From contig OY759726.1 of NCBI GenBank assembly GCA_963662625.1, forward strand, positions 480,001-544,000: a stretch of 64,000 nt of DNA, in the 5' to 3' direction. Position 1 is the first letter of the stretch, and each line of letters begins with the position of its first letter. The position numbers and the translations under genes are program-made. The notes beneath the pieces were generated by a model. It saw only the letters and a list, made by a program, of their open reading frames with translations. It made no database searches and was not told where the DNA came from. The stretch comes from Nitrosopumilus sp. (GTDB lineage: Archaea > Thermoproteota > Nitrososphaeria > Nitrososphaerales > Nitrosopumilaceae). Positions 29,124 to 39,807 of this stretch are shown piece after piece.

Positions 29124-30948
29124 GGAAAAGTTCAACCAGATCTCACCCAGTGAGTTCTTTTACAGCAACAGGGACCTTGCCGGGTTCAGCAACCCGACGC
29201 GCTCGCTCTACACCGCCGTCCGGGAGTTCGTGGAAAACGCGCTGGACGCGTGCGACCAGAATGGCATCCTGCCCGACATCCACCTGACGCTCAAGGTGAT
29301 CGAGCCCGAAAAGTCCGATCCGCGCGCGTACATGCTCACCGTGAAGGACAACGGGCCGGGGATCGAGGCCAAGCACATCCCGCTGGCGTTTGGCACCGTC
29401 CTCTACGGATCCAAGTTCGGCCTGAAGCAGGCGCGCGGCATGTTCGGGCTGGGGGCGACCATGGCGATACTCTACGGCCAGATCACCACCAACAAGCCGG
29501 TGGTCGTGAAGAGCTGCGTCGACGGGAAGACCCAGGACGAGTTCGAGCTGCTGCTGGACATACAGAAGAACAGGCCCGTGATCGTCAGGCACAAGACGAG
29601 GGCGGCCTCCAAGAGGGGCCTCTCGGTGAGCATCTGCCTGGAGGGGGACTATTCCAAGGCGGGGGTGAAGATCCGCGACTACGTCTACCAGACCTCGCTG
29701 ATCACGCCGTACGCGACGATCACCTTCGACGATCCCAAGGGGCAGAGGTTCCACCACACCAGGTTCGTCAGGGAGATCCCGCCGCCCCCGACCATCATAC
29801 GCCCCCACCCGCACGGGGTGGACGTGGAAAGGATCAGGAGGATGATCCTCGAGTCCCAGTTCGAGATCCCCGCCATAGACGACAGGATGATCGAGAAGGT
29901 CAGGAAGGACCTCGGCCTCTCGAAGAAGAACCTGGGCTTCACGGCCATCATGCAGAGGGCGCGGAAGAAGTGGAAGAATCTCTCCAGGCAGGTCAGGGTG
30001 GTGGTGGCGCTGGTGTCCTTCCTGGGGATGGACTTTGAGAGGCTCAGCAAGATCAAGATCGAGGACATCGACGTGCCCAACAAGAAGCTGTACTACTGGG
30101 ACTTTGGGGACTCGCAGTCCAAGGCGGCCGAGATGGATCCGGCGAGCCAGTACTACAAGCAGCTGACGAACACCGTGCAGGGGGAGCCGCTCAACTCCTT
30201 CCTGACGAAGCGCTTCCAGCGGGTCGGCCCCACCACGGCCGTCAAGTTCGCGGAGTTCGCGGGGTTCAAGCCCGAGAAGCGGATGGGCACCATGGACAAC
30301 CAGGAGCTGGTGAAGCTCAGCGAGTCCCTGCAGAAGTTCGAGGAGTTCCTCGCCCCGGATCCCAGCTGCCTGGCGCCCCTGGGCGAGGCGCCGTTCGAGA
30401 AGGGGATCAGGAAGTTCTTCAGCCCCGACTTTACCGCCGTCGTCCAGCGTTCGGCCTCGGCGTACTCGGGGTTCCCGTTCATCATAGAGATGGGGATCGC
30501 CTACGGCGGCGACATAAAGCCGGGCGGCCCCCACGTCTACAGGTTCGCAAACAGGATCCCGCTGCTGTACGACGAGGGAAGCGACGTGGTCCTGAAGGTG
30601 GTGAACGACACCGACTGGGCGAGGTACAAGGTCAAGGGCGAGCCCCCGTTCATCATAGTGTCGCACATATGCTCCACGCGGATTCCCTACAAGACCGCCG
30701 GCAAGGAGAACGTCGCCGACCGGCAGGAGATCGAGCGCGAGCTGAGGCTGGCGCTGCAGTACCTGTCAAGGAAGCTCGCCACGTACATGTCAAAGAAGGG
30801 CCAGGCGGAGATGGCCAAGAAGAGGGCCAACCTTTACGCCAAGTACATACCGCTGATAGCCCAGTTCTGCACGGAGCTGGCAGGGAAGAAGAAGGAGCCC
30901 AGGTACAGGAAGATGCTGGAGGGGGAGGCAGTCGTTGAAGGGCAGTAA
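29110..30948 (+). CDS. top6B: DNA topoisomerase VI subunit B
   Basis: EFVENALDA, DNGPGI, GSKF, RFANRIPLLY. Confidence 0.97.
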   Translation: MSSLKEKFNQISPSEFFYSNRDLAGFSNPTRSLYTAVREFVENALDACDQNGILPDIHLTLKVIEPEKSDPRAYMLTVKDNGPGIEAKHIPLAFGTVLYGSKFGLKQARGMFGLGATMAILYGQITTNKPVVVKSCVDGKTQDEFELLLDIQKNRPVIVRHKTRAASKRGLSVSICLEGDYSKAGVKIRDYVYQTSLITPYATITFDDPKGQRFHHTRFVREIPPPPTIIRPHPHGVDVERIRRMILESQFEIPAIDDRMIEKVRKDLGLSKKNLGFTAIMQRARKKWKNLSRQVRVVVALVSFLGMDFERLSKIKIEDIDVPNKKLYYWDFGDSQSKAAEMDPASQYYKQLTNTVQGEPLNSFLTKRFQRVGPTTAVKFAEFAGFKPEKRMGTMDNQELVKLSESLQKFEEFLAPDPSCLAPLGEAPFEKGIRKFFSPDFTAVVQRSASAYSGFPFIIEMGIAYGGDIKPGGPHVYRFANRIPLLYDEGSDVVLKVVNDTDWARYKVKGEPPFIIVSHICSTRIPYKTAGKENVADRQEIERELRLALQYLSRKLATYMSKKGQAEMAKKRANLYAKYIPLIAQFCTELAGKKKEPRYRKMLEGEAVVEGQ

Positions 30949-32041
30949 GGGCAAGCCGCGCGGCGTCAAGGCCACCGAGAAGCAGAAGAAGATCCTGGCG
31001 CTGCTCAAGGGCCACGGCGCGGAGATATACGACGACCTGGACGGCGGGAAGTTCCCAAAGTTCTCCATACCCAGCAGGTCCGTCAGCAACATAGTCTACG
31101 ACAAGAAGCTCCGGCAGTACGTCCTGGGGGACTCGGCCGCCATCCGCAGCTCCAGGAACTCCTCGCAGCTGCGCTCGTTCACGCAGCTTATGTGGCTGGC
31201 GTTCTTCGCGAACCGGCTGAGCCAGGAGAAGAAATCATCCACCCTGAGGGACGTCTACTACTCGTCGCAGGCCTTCGCGATCGAGTTCGACGACCAGTCC
31301 GAGTCCGACAACATCATCGTGGACCTGGAGGCTGTGCTCTCAAAGCCCCGGGAGGACTTTCACATATTTCCCGAGGAGAGGAGCTCGATATTCGGCGACC
31401 TGGACGTGGAGTACACCATCCCGGGCTACGAGGGCAAGACCATGAACCTCTCGAACCACCCCGACGGCTACGCCATAGGGCCCAGCCTCACCACGGCGGA
31501 GCTGCTGGACACCAGCGCCGAGATCGTGATCGCCATCGAGAAGGGCGGGCTCTTCACCAGGTTCGTCGAGGAGCAGGTCGACAAGAGGTTCAAGTCCATC
31601 ATAATCAACACCGGGGGCCAGGCGCCCCGCTCCACGAGGACCATCCTCAAGCGCATACACGACGAGATGGGCCTCCCCGTGATCGTCCTGACCGACGGCG
31701 ACGTGTACGGGGAGCACATCGCCATGGTGATAAAGTCCGGCTCGGCCAACGCGGCCCACCTCAGGGAGCTCACGGTGCCAGACGCGAAGTGGGTGGGCGT
31801 CTGGGCGACCGACATCGAGAAGTTCAAGCTCCCCACGATACCGATGACCGAGTCGGACGTCAAGCGCTGCCACGACCTGAAGAAGGATCCCAGGTACAAC
31901 GAGGGGATATGGAAGAAGGAGCTGGACGTCTTCCTGAGGATCAAGAGAAAGGCCGAGCTGGAGGCGTTCTCAAAGTACGGCCTGACGAACATCACCGACA
32001 GGTACCTGCCGCAGAAGCTGGAGCTCGCGAAAAGCCTGTAG
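30935..32041 (+). CDS. top6A: DNA topoisomerase VI subunit A
   Basis: STLRDVYY, IEK, TDGDVYG, KAELEA. Confidence 0.97.
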   Translation: MKGSKGKPRGVKATEKQKKILALLKGHGAEIYDDLDGGKFPKFSIPSRSVSNIVYDKKLRQYVLGDSAAIRSSRNSSQLRSFTQLMWLAFFANRLSQEKKSSTLRDVYYSSQAFAIEFDDQSESDNIIVDLEAVLSKPREDFHIFPEERSSIFGDLDVEYTIPGYEGKTMNLSNHPDGYAIGPSLTTAELLDTSAEIVIAIEKGGLFTRFVEEQVDKRFKSIIINTGGQAPRSTRTILKRIHDEMGLPVIVLTDGDVYGEHIAMVIKSGSANAAHLRELTVPDAKWVGVWATDIEKFKLPTIPMTESDVKRCHDLKKDPRYNEGIWKKELDVFLRIKRKAELEAFSKYGLTNITDRYLPQKLELAKSL

Positions 32042-32497
32042 CTACTTTATCCTCAGGGTGAGCACGCCGTTCCTGTACTTGAAGTCGAAGATCTGCATCT
32101 CGTTTGACCCCTCTATCTGGACCTGCTTGGAGAAGCCTGCGGAACCGCGGATGTACAGGACCCCGTCGATCAGCCGCACCGAGATCTTGTCCTCGGGGCC
32201 CGGCACCTCGGCGACGAACACGAACTCCCCCTCGCCCCGGATTAGGTCGTAGACCCAGTTCTTCGTCTCCGGCTCCCGGGAGGAGTACAGCGGCTTTTGG
32301 TCCTTGGCCATCTTCTTTATGACCCTGGCCCAGTAGAACATCGTGATCGCCGCGACGCCCACCAGGATGAAGCTGACGAACCCCGAGCCCGCCCTCTGGG
32401 TCATTATGTAGATGATCCCGACAAACAGTATGATCATGATGGGGACCACGAAGTTTATCGACTGTTCGTTTGAATACGCGCCCTTGTACGATACCAA
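32042..32497 (-). CDS. Membrane-anchored Hsp20/alpha-crystallin-like protein
   Basis: Two TM helices, then VAEVPG..YRNGVLTLRI; start uncertain. Confidence 0.75.
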   Translation of the reverse strand: MVSYKGAYSNEQSINFVVPIMIILFVGIIYIMTQRAGSGFVSFILVGVAAITMFYWARVIKKMAKDQKPLYSSREPETKNWVYDLIRGEGEFVFVAEVPGPEDKISVRLIDGVLYIRGSAGFSKQVQIEGSNEMQIFDFKYRNGVLTLRIK

Positions 32498-32568
32498 GCA
32501 CCAAAAATCGGTCTTTGCCAAATATAAAGTATATTTGGTTTTTATTACCACCCGGCGCCACTACCGCA

Positions 32569-32784
32569 TTGGCAGATGACGACGCGCGGGACGTTTCCAT
32601 TGGGGGGATCGCCGTCCGCGCCTCTGCCCTTGCCGCAATAGCCACCATCCCGTCGCTTGCCGCGTTCCTGGTCCTGTGGTCGCTGCTCGACGACCTGCTG
32701 GCCGCGGCGGTGGCCGGCGGCGTGACGCTCTTCGTGATCATGGGGTTCTCGCCCAAGATCGCGCGCGCCCTCAACCTGTCGTGA
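32569..32784 (+). CDS. Small two-TM membrane protein
   Basis: Hydrophobic ORF, likely TTG start. Confidence 0.7.
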   Translation: MADDDARDVSIGGIAVRASALAAIATIPSLAAFLVLWSLLDDLLAAAVAGGVTLFVIMGFSPKIARALNLS

Positions 32785-32878
32785 GCGGGGGGGCGCCCCC
32801 GGGGGGCGCCGGCCCGCGGGGCCCCCAGAAAATTTTTAGGCAGGGGGGGCCGTGTACCGCCATGGGCGGGGCGCAGGC

Positions 32879-33235
32879 ATGGTGGACGTGTCCAGGATAG
32901 AGGCGGATCTCGTGTCGGAGATCAAGCTGGAGCCGCTGCAGGCAAGGGTGTACATCCTGGTCAACTGCCACGGCAGGATGCCCCCGCGCGGGATGGCAGA
33001 AAAGCTCGGCATCCCGGACGAGTCGGCCGCCAAGGCGGCCGGCGAGCTGATGGAACTGGGGGCCTTCATCGACATGCCGGGCGGCGAGTTCGAGGCGATG
33101 CACCCCAGGTTTACCGCCGTGAACATGTACAGGAGGTACTGCGAGCGGGAAAACGTCGAGTTCAAGAGGAACGACGTGGTCGACGGCATCGGGGTGGCCC
33201 TGGAGGGGCCGTACGAGAATGCAAGGACTAAATAA
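32879..33235 (+). CDS. TrmB-like winged-HTH protein
   Basis: L..LQARVYILL..G....MAEKLGI..L.ELG. Confidence 0.7.
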   Translation: MVDVSRIEADLVSEIKLEPLQARVYILVNCHGRMPPRGMAEKLGIPDESAAKAAGELMELGAFIDMPGGEFEAMHPRFTAVNMYRRYCERENVEFKRNDVVDGIGVALEGPYENARTK

Positions 33236-33257
33236 CGCGCGGCGCGGCTGGACAGCG

Positions 33258-33656
33258 TTGGCCGCGGATACCGAGTCATGCAGTCACCAGCCGGTGTACT
33301 ACGGGGTCGTAAACATCAACATCGACGAGAGGACCGTCGGATCGGTGGACGTCTGGAGGTGCGGCGCCTGCAAGAAGCGGTTTTGCGAGGAAAAGCAGCT
33401 GGGGATCGAGGAGCTTGCTGACCTGGTCGGCATGCCGAGGATCGATCCGGACGAGAAGTGGGGGGTGACCGTGTGCAAGCTGCAGCAGGGGAGGTACAAG
33501 TGGAAGCTGGTCAGGCTAAAGGAGAACGCCGAGATAAGGCACGAGTGCCTGAACGAGGAGGTCATCCCCCTCAAGGTGAGGGGCTTCAGGGTGGAGGACG
33601 GCCAGCACTGGAGCTTCCTGATAGACGACAACGTAAACAAGGCCGTGGAAATCTAG
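33258..33656 (+). CDS. Conserved hypothetical Cys-containing protein
   Basis: C.H..WRCGAC; coding bias. Confidence 0.78.
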   Translation: MAADTESCSHQPVYYGVVNINIDERTVGSVDVWRCGACKKRFCEEKQLGIEELADLVGMPRIDPDEKWGVTVCKLQQGRYKWKLVRLKENAEIRHECLNEEVIPLKVRGFRVEDGQHWSFLIDDNVNKAVEI

Positions 33657-33662
33657 CGCGCC

Positions 33663-33947
33663 ATGGAACTCAAGGTACACATAAACAACGTGCGCGGGAG
33701 CCAGATGGCCGCGAAGATCACCGGCAGGTTCTCCATAGGCGGGGATTCGTTCCGCTTCACCGCCATCGCGTTTGGCAGGATAGGCGGCCAGAATGTGGGG
33801 GCCAGCATCTCGCGGGAGACCGAGAAAAGGCTCCGGGGCCTGGGCCACGACGTCGACGAGGTGATAGCGTCCCTCCAGTCAAGCCTGCTCAAGGGCGACA
33901 TCACGCTCCCCGAGGGCCTGAAGAGGGAGTCGTTCGCGGACGGCTAG
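33663..33947 (+). CDS. Conserved hypothetical protein
   Basis: Coding bias; [14 protein letters not shown]. Confidence 0.8.
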   Translation: MELKVHINNVRGSQMAAKITGRFSIGGDSFRFTAIAFGRIGGQNVGASISRETEKRLRGLGHDVDEVIASLQSSLLKGDITLPEGLKRESFADG

Positions 33948-34735
33948 AACTTTGCGTCCTCGAGCGCCTTGGCGCACGCGCAGCCCCTCGCCCGGGGGAT
34001 GCGCCCCACCAGCCCCGCGAGGAGCCGCCTCGTCCTCTCGACGTTCTTTGACAGCGTGTCCATGACCTCCCTGGCGGTGACCGGCTTTTCGGCCCAGACG
34101 TCGTAGTCGGTGACGGAGGAGACAGACGCGTAGCACATCTGCGCCTCCCTTGCAAGCTGGCACTCCGGGACGAGCGTCATCCCTATGACGTCTGCCCCGG
34201 TGGTCCTGTAGAACCTCGACTCGGCCTTCGTGGAGAACCTCGGCCCCTCGATGCAGGCGTAGGTGCAGTCCCGGTGGATCCTCAGGTCCTGCCCGCCGGC
34301 GACGTCCGCTATGCACTGCCGGAGTTCCGGGCAGAACGGGTCGGCGACCGAGATGTGGATCACGTTGCCCTCCCCGGAGAAGGTGGCCTTTCGCGACTTC
34401 GTGAAGTCCAGGAACTGCGCGGGCAGGGCAAAATGCCCCGGCTCGATCTCCTCCCTGAGGCTGCCTACCGCCGACGGGGCCACGATCCTGGAGACCCCCA
34501 GCTCCCCGAACGCCCATATGTTGGCCCGGTAGTTGATCAGGTGCGGCGGGATGCCGTGCTTCTTCCCGTGCCTCGGGAGGAACGCGGCCTTCCTCCCCTC
34601 GAAGGTGCCCACGGTGATCGGGCCCGACGGCCTTCCGTAGGGCGTGTCGACCGTGACCTCGCTGGCGTCCTCCAGCAGCCCCGACTCGTAGATGCCGGTG
34701 CCGCCGAATATCCCGATCTCGACGTCCCCGTCCAT
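33944..34735 (-). CDS. mtnP: 5'-methylthioadenosine phosphorylase
   Basis: IFGGTG, TPYG.PS, PRHG, EGPRFST.AES, GMT. Confidence 0.95.
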   Translation of the reverse strand: MDGDVEIGIFGGTGIYESGLLEDASEVTVDTPYGRPSGPITVGTFEGRKAAFLPRHGKKHGIPPHLINYRANIWAFGELGVSRIVAPSAVGSLREEIEPGHFALPAQFLDFTKSRKATFSGEGNVIHISVADPFCPELRQCIADVAGGQDLRIHRDCTYACIEGPRFSTKAESRFYRTTGADVIGMTLVPECQLAREAQMCYASVSSVTDYDVWAEKPVTAREVMDTLSKNVERTRRLLAGLVGRIPRARGCACAKALEDAKF

Positions 34736-34736
34736 C

Positions 34737-35249
34737 TCAGTACCTTACCAGCGACTTGCAGTTGTACTTGGCCAGGCCCTTCATGCCGTTCAGTTCGGTC
34801 AGCTCGATGACGAAGGCGATCCCGGCGATCTCGCCGCCCAGCCGCTCGACCAGCCTGGCCGCGGCCTTGGCGGTGCCCCCGGTAGCGAGCAGGTCGTCGC
34901 AGAGCAGCACCTTCTCCCCCTTCGCGATGGCGTCCTTCTGGACCTCGATGGAGTCCTTCCCGTACTCGATCTTGTAGGACGCCTTGATCGTCTTGCCCGG
35001 GAGCTTGCCCGCCTTCCTGATTAGCACCATCCCCTTGCCGTACCTGACTGCCAGCAGCGACGCCAGGACGAAGCCCCTGGACTCTATCCCCGCGAAGACG
35101 TCCACGTCGTTGGGGTGGAAGTGCCTCGCGAACTCGTCTGCCACGCACTCGAGGGCCGACGGATCCCTCAGGAGCGGGCCGTAGTCCCTGAACAGCACGC
35201 CCTTCTTGGGAAAGTCGGGGTATTCCGAGATCCTGTCGCGCAGGTTCAT
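34737..35249 (-). CDS. apt: Adenine phosphoribosyltransferase
   Basis: [26 protein letters not shown]. Confidence 0.96.
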   Translation of the reverse strand: MNLRDRISEYPDFPKKGVLFRDYGPLLRDPSALECVADEFARHFHPNDVDVFAGIESRGFVLASLLAVRYGKGMVLIRKAGKLPGKTIKASYKIEYGKDSIEVQKDAIAKGEKVLLCDDLLATGGTAKAAARLVERLGGEIAGIAFVIELTELNGMKGLAKYNCKSLVRY

Positions 35250-35299
35250 GTCCTGAACTTGGACGGGGGTGGAATAAAACTGTTTGAGGCGGGGCGGCG

Positions 35300-37471
35300 C
35301 TACCTGAACTCGTGGGCGGCCTGCGACTCGCTCCGCGCGTCGCTTGCCTTTATGGTGTACGTTCCGGGCTCCGTGCCCTCCGGTATCGTCCAGGGCAGGT
35401 GGATCTCCCCCGTCTTTGTGGACCTGGGCTCGAGCTTGGCCACCACCTGCCCGTCCGGCGAGAGGATCTCGATCTTGACCGTCTGGGACGGGGACGCGCC
35501 GATCACCTGTATCAGGATCCCGTTCCCCCCGTCGCGGTCCTCCACCGACACCACTATGCCCTCCCTGGTGGACGCCACGTTGATCTGCACCGTGTCAAAG
35601 TTGGGGCCGCTCGTCGCCTTGAGCGTCCATGCCCCGAGCTTCGCCTCGGACGGGATCCTAAACGAGCTCTCCGATATGCGCCCGTTCTTGTCCGAGAACG
35701 TGTCCGTGGTCTTGACGGTGTCGCCGTCCGGATCCATCAGGTCCAGCGTGAGCAGCGTGTTGGGGACCTCCGTCTCCCCCAGGATCAGGAGGGAGTCGCC
35801 CGGCGCATAGTCGGCCTTCGTCGTCAGGACCGAGATGTTCCCCGCGCCTATCTCCAGCCCCACCGTAAAGGTGGCCTTGCTCTGGGCGGTGCCCTTGCTG
35901 ATTACCGCGGTGTATACCCCCGACTTGTACCCGCCCAGATCCAGCACGTGCTTGGCCGTCCCGTCGGGCGCCAGCGTTATGGACACCGCCTCCCCCTTCG
36001 GCTTGTCCGACGGGTCGATGATCAGCAGGCTCACGAGCTCCGAGGCGGACCCGGTCAGGTATATGGTGGCCGTCTCGAACGACTTGTAGTTTAGCTTGTC
36101 AAACTCGAAGTAGATCGGGATCTCCGGCAGCTGGCCGAGCCCGACGAAGACGAACTCCCTGTGCTCCCCCTGCTTTGCGGTCAGCCTGTAGGTCCCCTCC
36201 TTGGAGTTCCGATCCGTCTGGTATTCGAACCCCACGGCCCCCGAGCCGTCCGTGTTGGTTATGACGGAGTCGATCTCGATCCCCAGCGGATCCTCCAGGA
36301 CCAGCTCGATCGCCTGGTTCGGCTGCGCGGTGCCGCTGTACCGTATCAGGTCGCCGGGCTCGAACCTCAGGCTGGCCGGCGTTATGACGATCACCTTGGA
36401 CGACTGGATCTCCCACGTCCTGAGTATGCTCTCCCGCCCGTCGGAGATCTCCACGTTGTACTTGCCAAACGCCGTGTCCAGCGGTATGGATATGGGCTCG
36501 GGCAGGCTCCACGTCCCCTTCGCGTCCACCTCGGCGGTCCTCGTGTTGATTATGTTGCCCGCCGCGTCCCTGACGGACGCCGTGATGGCGCTGTTTGGCT
36601 GCGCCGTGCCCGACATCTCCAGCACGTCCCCCCTGTGCAGCGTTGACGGGATCCTGTCTATCGTCAGCTTGACGTCGTCCGCGTCGGGCACCCTGGTCTT
36701 GACCTCGCCCAGCCTCAGGCTCACGCTCCTCTCGCCCCCATCCGCGTCGACCACGCGGAAGTTCACCCTGTCGGCCTTCTGCCCGTCGGGAACCTTCATC
36801 GTGGTTATGAAGTTGCCGTCCCCGTCCGAGAGGAACGTCCCGAGGTTCCTCGCGTCTATGTAAAAGCTGAACTGGTGGGACGCCGCAAAGCCCTCCCCCA
36901 CGACCCTTATGGTGGAGCCGACGTTCGGCTTTTCGGGGATGATCCTGAACGTCGATCCCTCGAGGACCCCTGCCGGGGCTCCGGCACCCGGGCCGGGGGA
37001 CGGCCCCGCCGCCGCGCCCGTGGACGTCTTCCCCACCCTGACCGCGTTGCCCGCCGCGTCCGCGGCCATCCAGTTTATTCCCGGGTTTGGCCCGTCCGTC
37101 TTGACCCCCAGCTTGACAGAGCCCCCGGCCTGCAGCGGCTCCGAGGCCGTGAAGGTTATCGTCCCCTCGGGGGACCTCTTGCCGATCCAGCCCTTCTCCG
37201 TCTTGAACTCCTCGAAGCTGTGGCCTGCCCCGAGCCAGAGCGTGAACGAGTGTACCGGCGAGCCCGAGTTGTTCGTGAACCCTATGATCGCGGTCTTTTC
37301 AAAAAACACGCCGTCTGCCAGGACGGCGTCCTGGCCAGGCGCGTGCGACGACGCGCCGGCCGTGGGCGTGCCGGGCTCCTGCGCTGCCAGCGCCGCGCCT
37401 GCGAGCAGGAGGACGGACAGTGCGGCCAGGCGGGCAGCGGCCCGCCTACCGGCGGCCGTCATCCCCGCCAC
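35300..37471 (-). CDS. Large secreted protein with tandem Ig-like domains
   Basis: Signal-like N-terminus; repeated beta-rich modules (P.D...G.Y.I). Confidence 0.85.
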   Translation of the reverse strand: MAGMTAAGRRAAARLAALSVLLLAGAALAAQEPGTPTAGASSHAPGQDAVLADGVFFEKTAIIGFTNNSGSPVHSFTLWLGAGHSFEEFKTEKGWIGKRSPEGTITFTASEPLQAGGSVKLGVKTDGPNPGINWMAADAAGNAVRVGKTSTGAAAGPSPGPGAGAPAGVLEGSTFRIIPEKPNVGSTIRVVGEGFAASHQFSFYIDARNLGTFLSDGDGNFITTMKVPDGQKADRVNFRVVDADGGERSVSLRLGEVKTRVPDADDVKLTIDRIPSTLHRGDVLEMSGTAQPNSAITASVRDAAGNIINTRTAEVDAKGTWSLPEPISIPLDTAFGKYNVEISDGRESILRTWEIQSSKVIVITPASLRFEPGDLIRYSGTAQPNQAIELVLEDPLGIEIDSVITNTDGSGAVGFEYQTDRNSKEGTYRLTAKQGEHREFVFVGLGQLPEIPIYFEFDKLNYKSFETATIYLTGSASELVSLLIIDPSDKPKGEAVSITLAPDGTAKHVLDLGGYKSGVYTAVISKGTAQSKATFTVGLEIGAGNISVLTTKADYAPGDSLLILGETEVPNTLLTLDLMDPDGDTVKTTDTFSDKNGRISESSFRIPSEAKLGAWTLKATSGPNFDTVQINVASTREGIVVSVEDRDGGNGILIQVIGASPSQTVKIEILSPDGQVVAKLEPRSTKTGEIHLPWTIPEGTEPGTYTIKASDARSESQAAHEFR

Positions 37472-37528
37472 GCCCGGGCCAGGCCGCCGCTTCCTTCCAT
37501 GGTGTGTCCTGCCGGGGCGCCCATCCTC

Positions 37529-39628
37529 CTAACCCCGGGCCTTTGCCTTCTGGAATCTGTCCAAATCCGCCTTTACCGCAACGTTCTCGTACTGCCTGAT
37601 CCTCTCGGCTATCATCCTGTACAGTGTCCTGAACTGGTCCTTCGTGTTGTCCGACAGGAAGTCGGTCTCCCCGAGGTAGATCTTCTCGCAGATGTACCTG
37701 GTTATCTCCTCGTTGTCAAACTCCCCCCAGTCGTCCTCCCCGTGCTCCGCCCAGATCTCCCTCAGGTTGTCCAGCATTCCAGCCATGCCCTTCGAGGAGA
37801 CGTCGCCCGGGCCCAGGTTGGAATACCCCTCGTGCCTCAGCTTGATCTCGTAGGTCTGGTTGACTGCGTGGAGGTAGTCCTCCAGGACTATGTAGTCCTC
37901 GATCGACTCTATGTTCTTGCCTTCCTTCTGGAAGAATATCGTCTGGACGGGGGAGAACTCGTTTGACGCCAGCTGGGCCGAGATCTGCTTCGACTCCTCG
38001 GAGTTGTCCATGAGGATGAACGTCCTGTAGCCGTGGTTCCTGTAGAAGATCGCCAGCGGCAGGACGGAGTTCTTGCTGTACGCGGCGACCACGTTCAGCG
38101 GGTTCATCGAGATGTTCGGATCCTGCAGGAACTTGTCAAACGCGTTGAGGTACATCGCGTCGGACATGGTCTCTACGATGATGACCGGCCTCGAGTTCGT
38201 CCCGATCTCCCGGTCCACGATCGACTCCACCAGCCCCCTCGACAGCCCGTAGAGTATGGGCGTCAGCGTCTTGTCCTCGGCGTTCCAGTAGTCGTAAAAG
38301 ATCCTGCTGAGGTGCCTCCGCTTGTCCAGCTCCACCACCAGCAGGTTTCCCGGCGTGTAGTCGAATATCATGAACGGCGAGTGCGTCGCGTACAGGACCT
38401 GGTTTGACCCGGCCAGGCTCTTCAGCAGGTCCGATATCCCCATCTGCTGCGTGGGGTGCAGGTTCCTAGCCGGCTCGTCCAGCAGCAGGATGGCCTCCTT
38501 CAGCTCGGCGCGGTGCGTTTCCGCGGCAAAGTTAACGATGAACGAGAACGTCCACTTGAAGCCCTCCGCCCTCCTGTTGAGCAGGCCCGTGTTGGTCACG
38601 GTGCCGTCCTTGTGGATGTCCGAGATCACCACGCTCATTATGTTCCCCGGGTTGTACCTCAGGTCCACGTGTATTGGGTCCCCCTTCCACGCGGGGTTCA
38701 GCTTGGCCGTCAGCCTGTTGCTGGCCGTGTTGAGCAGCTTGATGCACTTGGACGGGCTGTCGCTTGCCTCGTCCAGCTCCCTCACGTTCAGCTCGGCCAG
38801 GTAGAACAGGTTCCGCACGGTCTCTGCCTTGTCAAACTCCTCGACGTACTCGATGGAGCTGGCCTGCTCGCCCTTGGCCTCCCTCAGGTACTCGTCAAGG
38901 TTGATGTTGCCGTAGATTTTCTTGTAGTCTGAAAAGTACACGAACCTCGGGTGCAGTTCGCTTGCGATGAAGTTCTCCAGCATGACCCTCTCGCTGGCGC
39001 CGCTCAGGAGGTTCGAGAACTGGTTTTCGGGGCTCGCGTAGATCTTCTCCCATTCCTCCACCACCCTGGGCTCCTGCATGGCCACCAGGTGCAGCTGGTT
39101 GCTGAATTCCGCCATGCCGCTGTCGAACGACTCCTGGCTCTCCGGGGACCCGCCGTCAAAGAACGACGTGTCGATCTGTATCCGGATGTGGTTCGGGAGG
39201 GTGTCCAGGAACCCCAGCATGTGCCTGGTGAAGTTTTCCCAGGAGTTCAGCTTGGCGTTCTCGTCCTCGCTGACGTGGATCTCGTCGAACTCGTACTGGA
39301 CGTCCGAGTGCCTGTTGTCCCTGAACATCTTTATCGTCTTGAATTCCGGCAGCCCCGGGAACTTTTCCCTCACCATGCTGATCTCGCCGGGGCTAAGCTC
39401 GAACTGCCCCTCCACCAGCCTGATCTCCTCCTTGAGCTCCTCCGACATCTCGTCGCAGAGATCCAGCTCCGAAAGCTCCTCGTCCTTGTTCAGCAGCGTC
39501 AGCGCCTGCAGTATCGTGGTCTTCCCGCTCTCGTTCCTCCCGACGAACGCCGCCAGATCACCAACGGTAATCTCGCCGGAGTCGTGGATGCAACGGTACG
39601 CCCTGACCCTGAATTTCCTAAGCCGCAT
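37529..39628 (-). CDS. OLD-family ABC ATPase with C-terminal TOPRIM-like domain
   Basis: GRNESGKTT, LLLDEPARNLHP, ATHSPF, IIVETMSD, IESIEDY. Confidence 0.85.
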   Translation of the reverse strand: MRLRKFRVRAYRCIHDSGEITVGDLAAFVGRNESGKTTILQALTLLNKDEELSELDLCDEMSEELKEEIRLVEGQFELSPGEISMVREKFPGLPEFKTIKMFRDNRHSDVQYEFDEIHVSEDENAKLNSWENFTRHMLGFLDTLPNHIRIQIDTSFFDGGSPESQESFDSGMAEFSNQLHLVAMQEPRVVEEWEKIYASPENQFSNLLSGASERVMLENFIASELHPRFVYFSDYKKIYGNINLDEYLREAKGEQASSIEYVEEFDKAETVRNLFYLAELNVRELDEASDSPSKCIKLLNTASNRLTAKLNPAWKGDPIHVDLRYNPGNIMSVVISDIHKDGTVTNTGLLNRRAEGFKWTFSFIVNFAAETHRAELKEAILLLDEPARNLHPTQQMGISDLLKSLAGSNQVLYATHSPFMIFDYTPGNLLVVELDKRRHLSRIFYDYWNAEDKTLTPILYGLSRGLVESIVDREIGTNSRPVIIVETMSDAMYLNAFDKFLQDPNISMNPLNVVAAYSKNSVLPLAIFYRNHGYRTFILMDNSEESKQISAQLASNEFSPVQTIFFQKEGKNIESIEDYIVLEDYLHAVNQTYEIKLRHEGYSNLGPGDVSSKGMAGMLDNLREIWAEHGEDDWGEFDNEEITRYICEKIYLGETDFLSDNTKDQFRTLYRMIAERIRQYENVAVKADLDRFQKAKARG

Positions 39629-39807
39629 CTAGCGATAGTTGGTCGGCTTTGATTTAACTCATTCGTCAAATTCGTCCCGCGGGTGCGGACTCGCCCGCGC
39701 CCGGTCGGAGAACCGCCGCGCCGGTTTCGTGCCTGCGGCGTCCGGGGCCCGGCCCGCGCTCCCGCGGTTGCCAAATAGATATAAGGGAACCGCGGGGTTG
39801 GAATGGG

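Noticed and set aside
29143-30666. Long antisense or alternate-frame ORFs (also 3348-4829, 41284-42879, 7529-8593)
   Set aside because: Shadows of real genes caused by high GC3
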